Source of the DNA: Escherichia phage MIZ6
Sequence record: OR192075.1
DNA length: 64,000 nt
Direction: 5' to 3' (one strand)
Below are positions 15,445 to 24,738 of the stretch, piece after piece. The notes under the pieces were generated by a model. It was not told the DNA's origin. It saw nothing but the letters and a program-made list of their open reading frames with translations, and searched no databases. A program made the translations under genes and the position numbers. Position 1 is the first letter of the stretch. Every line of letters begins with the position of its first letter.

Positions 15445-16604
15445 AGATATTTCCCGAATCGGTTGTAGTCGTCGTCTGTTAAATCGGTATTAACCTGAGA
15501 TACCAGATACATGATCTCTACTTCCTGCGCTGCATTCTGTACTTCGTCAGAGTTCAACCATTTACGCATCCACGGTAACGGATGACGACGAACACTAAAC
15601 GGGCTTTTCAGTCCGGCAGCACGCATACGGGAATCTGCCAGGTATTCTATATAGGTTTTCAGAATTTCCGGTGACAGGTTAGGAATTGCCCCCATTGCGA
15701 ATAGGTGGTCTACCCATTCTTTTTCTTGCTCGACAACATCCAGAAAGATTTTCGTTGCTTCGCCTTCAAGTTCTTCCGCAATCTGTTTCCACTCATCACC
15801 ATCAACCCCCGTTTGCCATTGACGAATAATGTATTGTGTGCCTTTTAAGTGAAGTTGTTCATCACGCGCAATAAATTTCATGATCTTCGCGTTACCTTCC
15901 AGTAAACCACGTTCGGCAAAGCTGAAAGTACATGCAAAGGACACATAAAAACGGATTGCCTCCAGTGCATTAACGCAATGCATACACAGATAGAGTGATT
16001 CCATCAGATTGCGTTTAGTTTCTTCCACGTACGAAATGCTATCAGAATATGCATCAAGGTCAAATTCATTTTCAGAAGAACGACTAAAACTTTCTTTAGC
16101 GTCCTCGTATTCACGGATTTTCACCAGAACATCATCATAATATTTCCCGATAGATTCCGCTCGCTTCATGATAGCAGGGTTATCGATGATCTGGTCGAAC
16201 TCACTAGCCGGATCAATGAAACAGTTACGCATAATGTGTGTATAGCTTCGGCTATGAATCGTTTCGCTGAATGTCCATGTTTGCAACCATGTATCGAGAG
16301 TTGGATCAGATACAATTGGACCAAATGCTGCGGACGGTGCGCGACCTTGAATAGAATCAAGTAATGTCTGATACTTCAAGTTTTCAGTAAAGAAACGCTT
16401 TTCAACGTCACCCATATTAAGATATTGAATGCGGTCGGTTGCAAGTGAAATTTCTTCTGGACGCCAGAAAAATGACAATTGCTTTTCGATCAGTTCTTCA
16501 AATACTTGATGACGCTGAATATCATAGCGAGCTATACCCAACCCACTACCCAGAAACATCGGTTCGTTCATAATATCAACATGTTCGCGGTTAAATACGC
16601 TCAT
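15441..16604 (-). CDS. nrdB: ribonucleotide reductase beta subunit
   Basis: T4 NrdB-like length (387 aa), ferritin-like diiron-site motifs; adjacent to nrdA. Confidence 0.9.
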   Translation of the reverse strand: MSVFNREHVDIMNEPMFLGSGLGIARYDIQRHQVFEELIEKQLSFFWRPEEISLATDRIQYLNMGDVEKRFFTENLKYQTLLDSIQGRAPSAAFGPIVSDPTLDTWLQTWTFSETIHSRSYTHIMRNCFIDPASEFDQIIDNPAIMKRAESIGKYYDDVLVKIREYEDAKESFSRSSENEFDLDAYSDSISYVEETKRNLMESLYLCMHCVNALEAIRFYVSFACTFSFAERGLLEGNAKIMKFIARDEQLHLKGTQYIIRQWQTGVDGDEWKQIAEELEGEATKIFLDVVEQEKEWVDHLFAMGAIPNLSPEILKTYIEYLADSRMRAAGLKSPFSVRRHPLPWMRKWLNSDEVQNAAQEVEIMYLVSQVNTDLTDDDYNRFGKYL

Positions 16605-16619
16605 TAATTCACCTCACTA

Positions 16620-16787
16620 TCACTTTTTAACACAAAAGAACTTAGTATTTCTGTTTATTTCGCTATCCTGCTGCAATTCCTGCACAGCTTCAAAACAATT
16701 TTGATATGATGAAAACTCTACGCTGGTAACAGTTCCTTTATTATATACGCCTACGCTAACGGAAAGCAATAACCATAATGTAGTCAT
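16620..16787 (-). CDS. small hydrophobic-N-terminus peptide (55 aa), paralog of 16787..16960
   Basis: hand-translated MTTLWLLLSVSVGVYNKG...; RBS AAGGTGA. Confidence 0.45.
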   Translation of the reverse strand: MTTLWLLLSVSVGVYNKGTVTSVEFSSYQNCFEAVQELQQDSEINRNTKFFCVKK

Positions 16788-16960
16788 TAGTTCACCTTTT
16801 GTTTTTCAACGCAATATAGATTCATAAAGCGTTTATTGTCTTCGCTGATAATCTCGCGAGCTTTAACGCAATCCTGCTTTGTTGCAAACTCAATGCTTGA
16901 CATATTTCCGTAATTATACATTGAATTGCTTATTGCAATCAATAACCATACAGTAGCCAT
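16787..16960 (-). CDS. small hydrophobic-N-terminus peptide (57 aa), paralog of 16620..16787
   Basis: hand-translated MATVWLLIAISNSMYNYG...; RBS GAGG. Confidence 0.45.
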   Translation of the reverse strand: MATVWLLIAISNSMYNYGNMSSIEFATKQDCVKAREIISEDNKRFMNLYCVEKQKVN

Positions 16961-17127
16961 TATCCGACAACCTCAAAACATTTATCATCAGGAAGAATCG
17001 CCCATTCTACACCGTATTCATCCTCGACGTAGTAGCAAGTCCCATCATGTCGAGCATCATATTCATCACCAACAACAAAGCTATCAGCTAGTTCAAAATC
17101 TACAGCAACACATTTTAATTTGGTCAT
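16960..17127 (-). CDS. small acidic hypothetical protein (55 aa)
   Basis: ATG at 17127 with RBS GTGAGGATT. Confidence 0.5.
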   Translation of the reverse strand: MTKLKCVAVDFELADSFVVGDEYDARHDGTCYYVEDEYGVEWAILPDDKCFEVVG

Positions 17128-17158
17128 AATAAAATCCTCACTTGTTTTTGATGGTTGT

Positions 17159-17187
17159 ATTATAGCGGGGATTTCTCCCCGCGTCAA
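17159..17187 (-). promoter_or_regulatory. sigma70-like promoter (TTGACG, 17-nt palindromic spacer GCGGGGATTTCTCCCCG, TATAAT)
   Basis: hexamers on minus strand just downstream of nrdA stop. Confidence 0.5.
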
Positions 17188-17195
17188 CACTTATT

Positions 17196-19439
17196 TTACA
17201 GCTTGCAAGATGAGCACTCGCTAGAGTCTTCCGTACCATCTGCACCGTCGCGAACGTTCGCATAATACAGGGTTTTCAGACCGTAATATTGAGCAAACAA
17301 CATATCATCTAAAACATCAGCAATATCGACTTTACCCGTCTTATAAGTGCTTGGATCGTAGGATGTGTTGGAACTAATCGCCTGATCTACAAACTTCTGC
17401 ATGATCGCTGCCAGTGTCAGATAAGGCTTGTTACCTTTCTTGATCAGTGTCCAAAGCAGGTCAATAACATCAGCATTATTCTCTACGTTCGGAATAACCT
17501 GATTAAATTGCCCTTCTTTCGATCCTTTAACCGATACAATACCGCGAGGCGGTTCAATACCGTTTGTGCTGTTAGATACCTGAGAAGACGACTCACAAGG
17601 CATCAGAGCCGAAAGCGTACTGTTACGAATGCCATATTTTTTCAGGTCTTCGCGCAGTTCTTCCCAATCCATCTCATATACCGGATCAACCAGTTCATCT
17701 ACTGTCTTTTTGTACCAGTCGATAGGCAGTTCACCGCGACCATAACGTGTTTCGTGCATCAGTTCGCAAGCACCCTTCTCTTTAGCCAGTTGCACACTAG
17801 CCTTAATCAGAGCATATTGCAAGCGTTCAAACGTTTTATGCGTAAACTCGTTAGCGTCTTCATATGTGAAGAAATTATCCGCGAGATACGATGCAAAGTT
17901 AGTCACCCCAACACCCAGAGAGCGACGTTTTTTGGCTGTCAGAGCTTGCTCTACAGGATAATCCTGGTAATCTAACAGGTTGTCAAGTGCACGCACCATA
18001 ACCATAGCAATGCGTTCTACTTCTTCCATATTTTCGATATCAAAGTTTCCTAAAACATATGCTGCCAAAGTACATAGGCTGATCTCTGAATCATCACGAC
18101 CCATCGGTTTTGTAGGCAGAGCAATTTCACAACACAGGTTGGATTGTTTAATCGGTGCTACATTACGAATAAACGCCCCGTGATTGTTCATGTTGTCTGT
18201 GAACGTTGGGTAGATTCGACCAGTGTTAAAACGTTCAATTGCCACCGCTAAAAACAGGTCTTCGGCTTTAACACGAGTTTTACGAACACTCGGATCTTTT
18301 TCCAGTTTTTCGTAAAGCTGGCGGAAACCTTCCTCATCTCGGAAGTATAGATCCCACAACAAGCCACCTGCAACATCTGGACTAAACAGAGTAATGTAAT
18401 CCCGTTTAAGGAATCGCTCTACCATCAGGTTATTAATCTGTACGCCGTAATCAAGATGACGAATGCGGTTATCTTCCACCCCCTTATTGTTCTTTAACAC
18501 AATCAGACTTTCAAACTCTAAATGCCACATTGGGTAATAGAGAGTCGCCGCCCCGCCACGAATACCGCCTTGTGAGCATGACTTAACGGCAGTCTGAAAA
18601 TGTTTCCAGAATGGGATAACGCCAGTATGACGAACTTCACCATGCCCGATCTTAGATCCTTCCGCGCGAATCATGCCAGCGTTGATACCGATACCAGCAC
18701 GCTTGCTAATATACTTGATGATTGCATTTGCTGTTTCGTTGATGCCCTGCAATGAGTCATCACTTTCAATCACCACACACGAACTAAATTGGCGTGTTGG
18801 GGTACGCACACCTGCCATAATCGGAGTAGGCAGAGAGATTTGCTTATTCGCAACAGCATTATAAAAATCAATCACATGTTCAAGTCGATTTTCGGTCTCT
18901 TCTTGATGCAAGCACATACCGATCAGCATATACGCAAATTGCGGTGTTTCGATGATTTTCTTAGTGCTGCGATCCTGAACAAGATATTTCTCTTTTAACT
19001 GCATCGCACCAGCATAGGTCATTTTAAAATCAAGTTTATGGTCGATGAATTTCTCCAGATATTCCACTTCTTCACGGGAATACTTTTGCAGAATTTCGCG
19101 ATCATATTTTCCGATTGCAATATTACGCTCAATATGGCTATAAAAATCAATAGGTTGGAATTGACCGTATACTGATTTACGAAGCGCGAACATTGCAAGG
19201 TTACTTGCTACATATTGATAATCGGGTGTTTCTACCGTGATGTTATCTGCGGCGACCTTAATCAATACTTTCTGGATATCATTGGTAGACATACCTTCTG
19301 TCAGAAGTGGTTCAACCATATCAAACAATTCATATGGATCAACGTTATGACCTTCGGCTGCCGCTTCCAGAATTTTCATTACTTTTTCTTTTTCAAACGG
19401 AACAGTCAGACCGGAAGACTTAACAACATTTTTAATCAT
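17196..19439 (-). CDS. nrdA: ribonucleotide reductase alpha subunit
   Basis: 747 aa, class Ia NrdA-like with C-terminal Cys pair (SSECSSCKL). Confidence 0.92.
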   Translation of the reverse strand: MIKNVVKSSGLTVPFEKEKVMKILEAAAEGHNVDPYELFDMVEPLLTEGMSTNDIQKVLIKVAADNITVETPDYQYVASNLAMFALRKSVYGQFQPIDFYSHIERNIAIGKYDREILQKYSREEVEYLEKFIDHKLDFKMTYAGAMQLKEKYLVQDRSTKKIIETPQFAYMLIGMCLHQEETENRLEHVIDFYNAVANKQISLPTPIMAGVRTPTRQFSSCVVIESDDSLQGINETANAIIKYISKRAGIGINAGMIRAEGSKIGHGEVRHTGVIPFWKHFQTAVKSCSQGGIRGGAATLYYPMWHLEFESLIVLKNNKGVEDNRIRHLDYGVQINNLMVERFLKRDYITLFSPDVAGGLLWDLYFRDEEGFRQLYEKLEKDPSVRKTRVKAEDLFLAVAIERFNTGRIYPTFTDNMNNHGAFIRNVAPIKQSNLCCEIALPTKPMGRDDSEISLCTLAAYVLGNFDIENMEEVERIAMVMVRALDNLLDYQDYPVEQALTAKKRRSLGVGVTNFASYLADNFFTYEDANEFTHKTFERLQYALIKASVQLAKEKGACELMHETRYGRGELPIDWYKKTVDELVDPVYEMDWEELREDLKKYGIRNSTLSALMPCESSSQVSNSTNGIEPPRGIVSVKGSKEGQFNQVIPNVENNADVIDLLWTLIKKGNKPYLTLAAIMQKFVDQAISSNTSYDPSTYKTGKVDIADVLDDMLFAQYYGLKTLYYANVRDGADGTEDSSECSSCKL

Positions 19440-19507
19440 ATTACCTCACTTCATATTTTAGCAGGAACAAGTTTATCCTCCATATTGGGGGCTTTCGCCC
19501 CCTTTGT

Positions 19508-20740
19508 TTATACTGCCATTTGAGCGGTGATCGCTGGATGGCTTTGATAGTTGTGAATTTTAAAGTCTTTCGGAGTCTTTGTCAATACCTCATCTAAAGA
19601 TTTAAATTCCGGCAACTCAATTGTTGGTTTATCAAACGGAACACGGCTTAACTGTTCCATAACTTGATCAAAGTGGTTTTTGTAAATGTGAGTATCTCCA
19701 CCAGAGAAAATCAGTTCTCCTACCTCAAGATCACACATTTTCGCTATGATGTGAGTTAACAGCGCATAGCTGGCAACATTAAAGGGCAAGCCCAAAAAGC
19801 TGTCTACGCTTCGCTGAAACCACATACAAGACAGTTTACCTTCATTGACGTAGAATTGCACGAAAGGATGACATACACCCAATACAGCATTATGTGTTCC
19901 TTGTACGTTCCATGAGTCAATGATGATACGTCGATCCGTTGGATTGTTTTTAATTTGTTCAATCACGTTTTGTAACTGGTCTTCCCAAATCTTCGGGCGA
20001 TAGACATATTCTTCATCGTCTTTAGTGCTCGATGTGTCTACGTCCATACTAGCAAAGATCGTGGTATCTGGTGCTAAAATATCCCCACCCAGATAATCAC
20101 TATCAAGTAGATAACCGAAATAACCATCATCTACCCATTCCTGGAATCCCCACAAGCAATATGCATCATTAACAAAATTAGATTGAGTCTTCCAGTGATC
20201 TGCTACTAAGAATTGATTATATTCAGAATCAAACTCTTCATAACGCATACCACGCCAGATAGCACATAAACGGTCTTCTGTGTCGTTGGTTGGCGTAAAG
20301 TCTTCTACCCACGGGTGTTTAAATGTATGTGTATATTTGCTCTTAACGCGCTTAATTTTGATTTCACCGTGTGGATGAATCGGTTTGCGTCGCCATGCCA
20401 TACCATACATATTGCCGACATTATAACCATTGAATCGCAAAGGATTCTTTTCTTTCATATCAAGACAGTTGCCGCGCCAAATGTCGAAGGCTTCTTCGTC
20501 AAACTTTCCGCGTGTAATTTCCTGTAAGCGACGGCGGTCAAGTGATCCCTCCATAAACCATAGCAATTCGCCAATTACAGAGGCTGTAGCCATCTTTTTA
20601 GTGGTCAGTAACGGAAACCCCTTGCTTAAGTCAATTCGCATCTCTGCGCCGAATTTAGAGAGCGTACCTACCCCCGTTCGGTCTTCACGAGGCCAACCGT
20701 TATCAAGAACATCACGCAATAGTTTCAAATATTCTTTCAT
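19508..20740 (-). CDS. td: thymidylate synthase with large internal insertion
   Basis: ThyA motifs (DRTGVGT, catalytic CH in VCHPF, LGLPFNVASYALL) plus an extra ~125 residues after YGMAWRR. Confidence 0.85.
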   Translation of the reverse strand: MKEYLKLLRDVLDNGWPREDRTGVGTLSKFGAEMRIDLSKGFPLLTTKKMATASVIGELLWFMEGSLDRRRLQEITRGKFDEEAFDIWRGNCLDMKEKNPLRFNGYNVGNMYGMAWRRKPIHPHGEIKIKRVKSKYTHTFKHPWVEDFTPTNDTEDRLCAIWRGMRYEEFDSEYNQFLVADHWKTQSNFVNDAYCLWGFQEWVDDGYFGYLLDSDYLGGDILAPDTTIFASMDVDTSSTKDDEEYVYRPKIWEDQLQNVIEQIKNNPTDRRIIIDSWNVQGTHNAVLGVCHPFVQFYVNEGKLSCMWFQRSVDSFLGLPFNVASYALLTHIIAKMCDLEVGELIFSGGDTHIYKNHFDQVMEQLSRVPFDKPTIELPEFKSLDEVLTKTPKDFKIHNYQSHPAITAQMAV

Positions 20741-20981
20741 CCCACATCACCTTTTTCTTGTTGATTGCTTTCTTACGCAGTTTTGCTACTGTCTCGTCAA
20801 TATCGATAAAGACAACGCCACGGTCGAATACAGTAGCAGGTCTTGAGATATCGCTATTTTCTTGCACAGGAAGCCATGATGCGCTCGCTTCATCATAGAG
20901 ATATTGTAAACCGTAATAATCTACGGCTACTGCGTAGTTTTCACTGGTAGCCGTCCATAATTGAATAATACCGACTTTCAT
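20712..20981 (-). CDS. hypothetical protein
   Basis: ATG at 20981 overlapping upstream stop as TAATG. Confidence 0.45.
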   Translation of the reverse strand: MKVGIIQLWTATSENYAVAVDYYGLQYLYDEASASWLPVQENSDISRPATVFDRGVVFIDIDETVAKLRKKAINKKKVMWDERIFETIA

Positions 20982-21073
20982 TATTGTTCCCGTCCGCAAT
21001 GTAAGCACCGACTACCAGCAAACATTAAAGATTCACCACAATGTTTGCACTCATAATCTGTCAGAATTTTCAT
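20981..21073 (-). CDS. zinc-ribbon miniprotein (30 aa)
   Basis: hand-translated MKILTDYECKHCGESLMFAGSRCLHCGREQ; RBS GAAGG; TAATG coupling. Confidence 0.4.
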   Translation of the reverse strand: MKILTDYECKHCGESLMFAGSRCLHCGREQ

Positions 21074-21074
21074 G

Positions 21075-21644
21075 TTACGCCTTCTTACGTTCTAAAATTT
21101 GTTCGCTGATCAGGTAATTATCAAGGAAGTAATTATGTTCTTCTTTGGTTACAAAGTCAAAATATAATTCCTGAATCATTTCCTTAGAGATACCAACATC
21201 ATATTCAAATGGATCGTTGATCCCTGAACGTTGAACATACGTTAACACAATACGGTCCGCAAAGTCAACCGCTTTTTCAATCAGGGAAGGTCCGCCGATA
21301 ACACTTACCAAACCTTGCGTTTTCTCTAGGGCTTTTAACAGATCCTTCAATTCAATTCCAGTATACACATCAGGTTGGTCGCCATTTTTAGCTTTCGGTT
21401 CTGGCTTGCTGGTATCGGTGCTAATAACCACATTCAAACGTCCCCAAAGTGCTTTAGGCAGACTTTCAAAGGTATTACGTCCCATTACTACCGCAGCAAA
21501 ATCAACCTCGCCAATAGTGCGGATTTTAAAGTTTTCCATATCTTTTTTGATTGGACGCCCCCACGGTAAACCGCCTTTAAAACCAAAAGCCCAATTTTCA
21601 TCCGACATTTTAGTGTCACCAATCGCAAATACACATTGAATCAT
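21075..21644 (-). CDS. frd: dihydrofolate reductase
   Basis: aligns to T4 Frd (GLPWGR, VMGRNTF, VIGGP); RBS AGGAGA. Confidence 0.88.
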   Translation of the reverse strand: MIQCVFAIGDTKMSDENWAFGFKGGLPWGRPIKKDMENFKIRTIGEVDFAAVVMGRNTFESLPKALWGRLNVVISTDTSKPEPKAKNGDQPDVYTGIELKDLLKALEKTQGLVSVIGGPSLIEKAVDFADRIVLTYVQRSGINDPFEYDVGISKEMIQELYFDFVTKEEHNYFLDNYLISEQILERKKA

Positions 21645-21659
21645 AATATAAATCTCCTA

Positions 21660-21989
21660 TCAAATCAGTTTAAAGAAGTTTTCGTTTACATTTTCTTCTG
21701 TGATTGCTGTCTTAAATTCTTGACCGTTATCCGGTGTGATGAAATAACGGTCAGAATAATCACGAAAACGTTTTAAGTGAGATACCCCAACATTAACACC
21801 ATTTTCCCAAAAACGAAAGGTAATCATTTTTGGTTCATATCGATAGTCGCTGGTTAACACAGTACCATCACCGCGACGGGCTTCATAAACCGTAATACAT
21901 TCACGATTAGCGGCTTTAAGGCATTCTTCAATAGTGCCGCACGAGATAATACTTACTTTTTCATCTACGATTTGTTCTACAGTCCACAT
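21660..21989 (-). CDS. hypothetical protein
   Basis: ORF; RBS GAGAGGATTA; promoter cassette. Confidence 0.55.
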   Translation of the reverse strand: MWTVEQIVDEKVSIISCGTIEECLKAANRECITVYEARRGDGTVLTSDYRYEPKMITFRFWENGVNVGVSHLKRFRDYSDRYFITPDNGQEFKTAITEENVNENFFKLI

Positions 21990-22044
21990 AATATAATCCT
22001 CTCTTTGTTTTGATGTTTGTATTATACACTATTGCGTTGCGCTG

Positions 22045-22374
22045 TCAACCTTTTTGTTCCATGAAAAGCGGTGCTGTTTCTTCTTTCAGTTTAATAACTA
22101 GCGCGGAAACTTCATCAAGAAAATCTTTTTCCATATGAGCAAGCATTGATTTAGAATCTTTGATGACTTTCAAAGAATATTCACTTAGATTTCCTTGTCC
22201 TAACAATAATGCAGGATACACACTATGTGGGATCTCGATTTCATGATATTCGCTCATATTATAATATTTGTGAATTTTTAAATCTATATTTCTTCGTTGT
22301 ACGTCCACATCAGCAATGACATACAGAAGTTCGATTTTATCACTTTTCTGGGAAAGGGTAGCATTCAAAAACAT
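22045..22374 (-). CDS. hypothetical protein
   Basis: ORF; promoter cassette. Confidence 0.55.
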   Translation of the reverse strand: MFLNATLSQKSDKIELLYVIADVDVQRRNIDLKIHKYYNMSEYHEIEIPHSVYPALLLGQGNLSEYSLKVIKDSKSMLAHMEKDFLDEVSALVIKLKEETAPLFMEQKG

Positions 22375-22454
22375 TGTTAATCCTCCGTTGTTTCGATGAG
22401 TTCATTATACATTACCTCGCCAACATGTCAATACATTTTCATAAAATTTTAGGC

Positions 22455-22483
22455 AATAAAAAAGCCTCCCCGAAGGAAGGCTT
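22455..22483 (-). terminator. rho-independent terminator after gene 32
   Basis: imperfect hairpin AAGCCTTCC..GGGAGGCTT plus TTTTTATT on minus strand. Confidence 0.5.
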
Positions 22484-22492
22484 TAAAATTCA

Positions 22493-23461
22493 TTACATCC
22501 CTAACAGAGCGTCAAGATCATCCAGATCAGAAGCGGAGGAAGTACCGCCACCCAGGTCCAGAGATGCCATCAGGTCATCAGCGGAAGAATCTAACGCCGT
22601 GCTAGCTGCGTTAATACCAACTACAGTGCTAGCTGCGGTAGTACCAGCGTCGAATGCATTCATCTGTGCGTCAAAATCATCAAGCTGGCTGTTAATCGCT
22701 GCCGCAGCACTGGAAGCCGCAGCACCAGCTACCATAGAAACGCCCATAGTTTTCTTAAATTTGGTTTCCAGTTCATCGAACGGTTTAAACTGGCTAGGCG
22801 CTACAATCTCACTCAGATCAACCATGTTTTCCATCAGATATTTCTGATATGCTTCGTCTTCAATTTTCGGAAGCTGTGATTGCTGCATGAAACGAGAATC
22901 ATCATAGTTCTGGTGTTTATCAACCTTCTTAGCTTTCAGGAGGAAGTTAGCACCGGAGAACACACAAGTTACATCTACCGGAACTTCGCCCATGTCGGTA
23001 TTCACGTTCACCATTGCAACGATCTTATCATAAATTTTCTGACCGAAGCGGAATTTGAATACCTTACCTTCATTTTCTGGTGCTTGAGGATCTTTCAGTA
23101 CCAGAATGTTTGCGTAGTAAGACGCTTTACGCTTAATCAGTTGCCATTCGGTTTTATCGGTATTGTATAGGTCTTTTTCGTTAATATATTTGCACACAGG
23201 GCAAGAATCAAAATCACCGTGGGTGCTGGAGCAGTTTTCCCAATACCATTTACCATTAACTTTGAAGGAATGGTTTACCAGTTTCACAATCGGCAGACCG
23301 TCTTCTGTCTTAGACGGCAGGAAGCGAATCAGGGCTTCACCGTTACCTGCTGCATCAGTCTTAATCTTCCACTCTTTCGGATCTTCTTTGGAGAAACCGT
23401 TGCCACCTTTCAGTGCGGCCAGTTGAGCTTGCAGTTTGGAAGAATCTTGGCGTTTAAACAT
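22493..23461 (-). CDS. 32: single-stranded DNA-binding protein (T4 gp32-like)
   Basis: near-colinear match to T4 gp32 (LPSK, CSSTHGD.DSCPVC zinc site, acidic C-terminus). Confidence 0.93.
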   Translation of the reverse strand: MFKRQDSSKLQAQLAALKGGNGFSKEDPKEWKIKTDAAGNGEALIRFLPSKTEDGLPIVKLVNHSFKVNGKWYWENCSSTHGDFDSCPVCKYINEKDLYNTDKTEWQLIKRKASYYANILVLKDPQAPENEGKVFKFRFGQKIYDKIVAMVNVNTDMGEVPVDVTCVFSGANFLLKAKKVDKHQNYDDSRFMQQSQLPKIEDEAYQKYLMENMVDLSEIVAPSQFKPFDELETKFKKTMGVSMVAGAAASSAAAAINSQLDDFDAQMNAFDAGTTAASTVVGINAASTALDSSADDLMASLDLGGGTSSASDLDDLDALLGM

Positions 23462-23497
23462 ATTCACTATTCCTTCTTTTGATTAATTTACTAGACT

Positions 23498-23525
23498 ATT
23501 ATACAGATTTAAATTTACTTGTCAA
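23498..23525 (-). promoter_or_regulatory. sigma70-like promoter upstream of gene 32 (TTGACA, 16 nt, TATAAT)
   Basis: hexamers on minus strand; -35 overlaps stop of gene 59. Confidence 0.5.
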
Positions 23526-24202
23526 CTATTTGTTTCGGCTTTTAATTGAGATATTTCTTTACACTCTTTAACTACTTTAACAAATAATGCTCTTGCTTTT
23601 GCGGCGTCAATAACAAGTAGTTTCTTGTACGCCTTCATTTTAACACTATAAGTTTGCCAAATCAAGTCTTTGGCTACCTTGTCGTGTTCGTCGATTATAT
23701 TTAGAAAGCTATCTAACAACATAAAAGACTCAAACGATATAATCCGATTTTGCAGTAGTTTAAAGATACCGCTAGTTTCGGTTGCGGGATTGTATGTGAT
23801 TAGCTCTTTAAGAGTAACCCCGCGTTTCTCGGAGAAGTATACCAGACTTTTAATGTCATCGTCAAATCGTGTTGCTGCATCGGTTATCTTTCCTATGTAT
23901 TCCATATAAAAGCCGTATGCGTCAACATCAGTGATTTCACCTACCCATGCATCGGTATTGGCTACCAGATTGCTTAGGAATAGGAAGTATAGTTCTCTTA
24001 GATTGTACTTTTCCGCTAATTTTGCGAAATAATACTTATCTCTGCGTTTATTGAATGCGGCATCAGACAACCGCATCCTCCAATTGTATTTTACACAATC
24101 ATAACGCCCGTTCATATGAGCTTTCATCATGCAATATAACATATACACAGATTTAGCATTAATTCGCATATCTGGATCTGGAGGAAGACGGTTTCTGATC
24201 AT
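23522..24202 (-). CDS. 59: helicase loader (T4 gp59-like)
   Basis: aligns to T4 gp59 (KSVY.LY.M.K.HMNG.YD..KYNW.MR.SDAA..KRRDKY). Confidence 0.9.
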   Translation of the reverse strand: MIRNRLPPDPDMRINAKSVYMLYCMMKAHMNGRYDCVKYNWRMRLSDAAFNKRRDKYYFAKLAEKYNLRELYFLFLSNLVANTDAWVGEITDVDAYGFYMEYIGKITDAATRFDDDIKSLVYFSEKRGVTLKELITYNPATETSGIFKLLQNRIISFESFMLLDSFLNIIDEHDKVAKDLIWQTYSVKMKAYKKLLVIDAAKARALFVKVVKECKEISQLKAETNS

Positions 24203-24211
24203 ACATACCCC

Positions 24212-24481
24212 TTAAATATCGAGAGTGTTGGTCGGTTCGTCGATCACTCCCTTCCTGAGCGTTCTATTTACTATACATTCTTGTGTGATCTTGTCAATAA
24301 TGGACACCGGAATATACTTCTGATAGTGACCATATTCGATAGAGTTTTCCTCTACAAACTGCGTTGTCGCTTCAAGATAAGTCAACCCCTCTTCAACAAC
24401 CAGTTTTTCGATTGCAAGACCGTTTGCTGTTTTATTCGCGGCTTTTACCGCATGTTCATTAAGCATTGAACACCCGATCAT
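24212..24481 (-). CDS. hypothetical protein (gp33-like by position only)
   Basis: synteny between 59 and dsbA-like; no motif confirmation. Confidence 0.35.
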   Translation of the reverse strand: MIGCSMLNEHAVKAANKTANGLAIEKLVVEEGLTYLEATTQFVEENSIEYGHYQKYIPVSIIDKITQECIVNRTLRKGVIDEPTNTLDI

Positions 24482-24734
24482 AGAGTTCTACTGCTTCATC
24501 GCGTTCTGCTTCGAAGGTTTCGCGCTGTTGTTGGTGATACAGTTTAAACAGAATGCCCCACATTTTACCATCTACGCCTAATTCTTCTTTAGCACGCTGC
24601 TTGATCTCTTTGATCTTATCGCCGTATGCTTCTTGAATGGTTTTCTGATCGCTGGCTTCTTTAATCAGTTGTGCCAGGGTATTTCCGTGCACTGCTTCGT
24701 CAAATACTACTTTTTCTTTTTTCTGTTCAGTCAT
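24459..24734 (-). CDS. hypothetical protein (DsbA-like dsDNA-binding protein by position)
   Basis: 91 aa, RBS AGAGGGTTAA; synteny. Confidence 0.4.
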   Translation of the reverse strand: MTEQKKEKVVFDEAVHGNTLAQLIKEASDQKTIQEAYGDKIKEIKQRAKEELGVDGKMWGILFKLYHQQQRETFEAERDEAVELYDRVFNA

Positions 24735-24738
24735 AATA

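Noticed and set aside
20000-20390. Possible intein or intron in thymidylate synthase
   Set aside because: Reading frame is continuous, no intein boundary residues (no C/S start or HN end) and no intron-like non-coding interruption; treated as a protein insertion
22374-22847. 157-aa plus-strand ORF
   Set aside because: Antisense to the acidic C-terminus of gene 32; Ala/Ser-rich artefact of that repeat region
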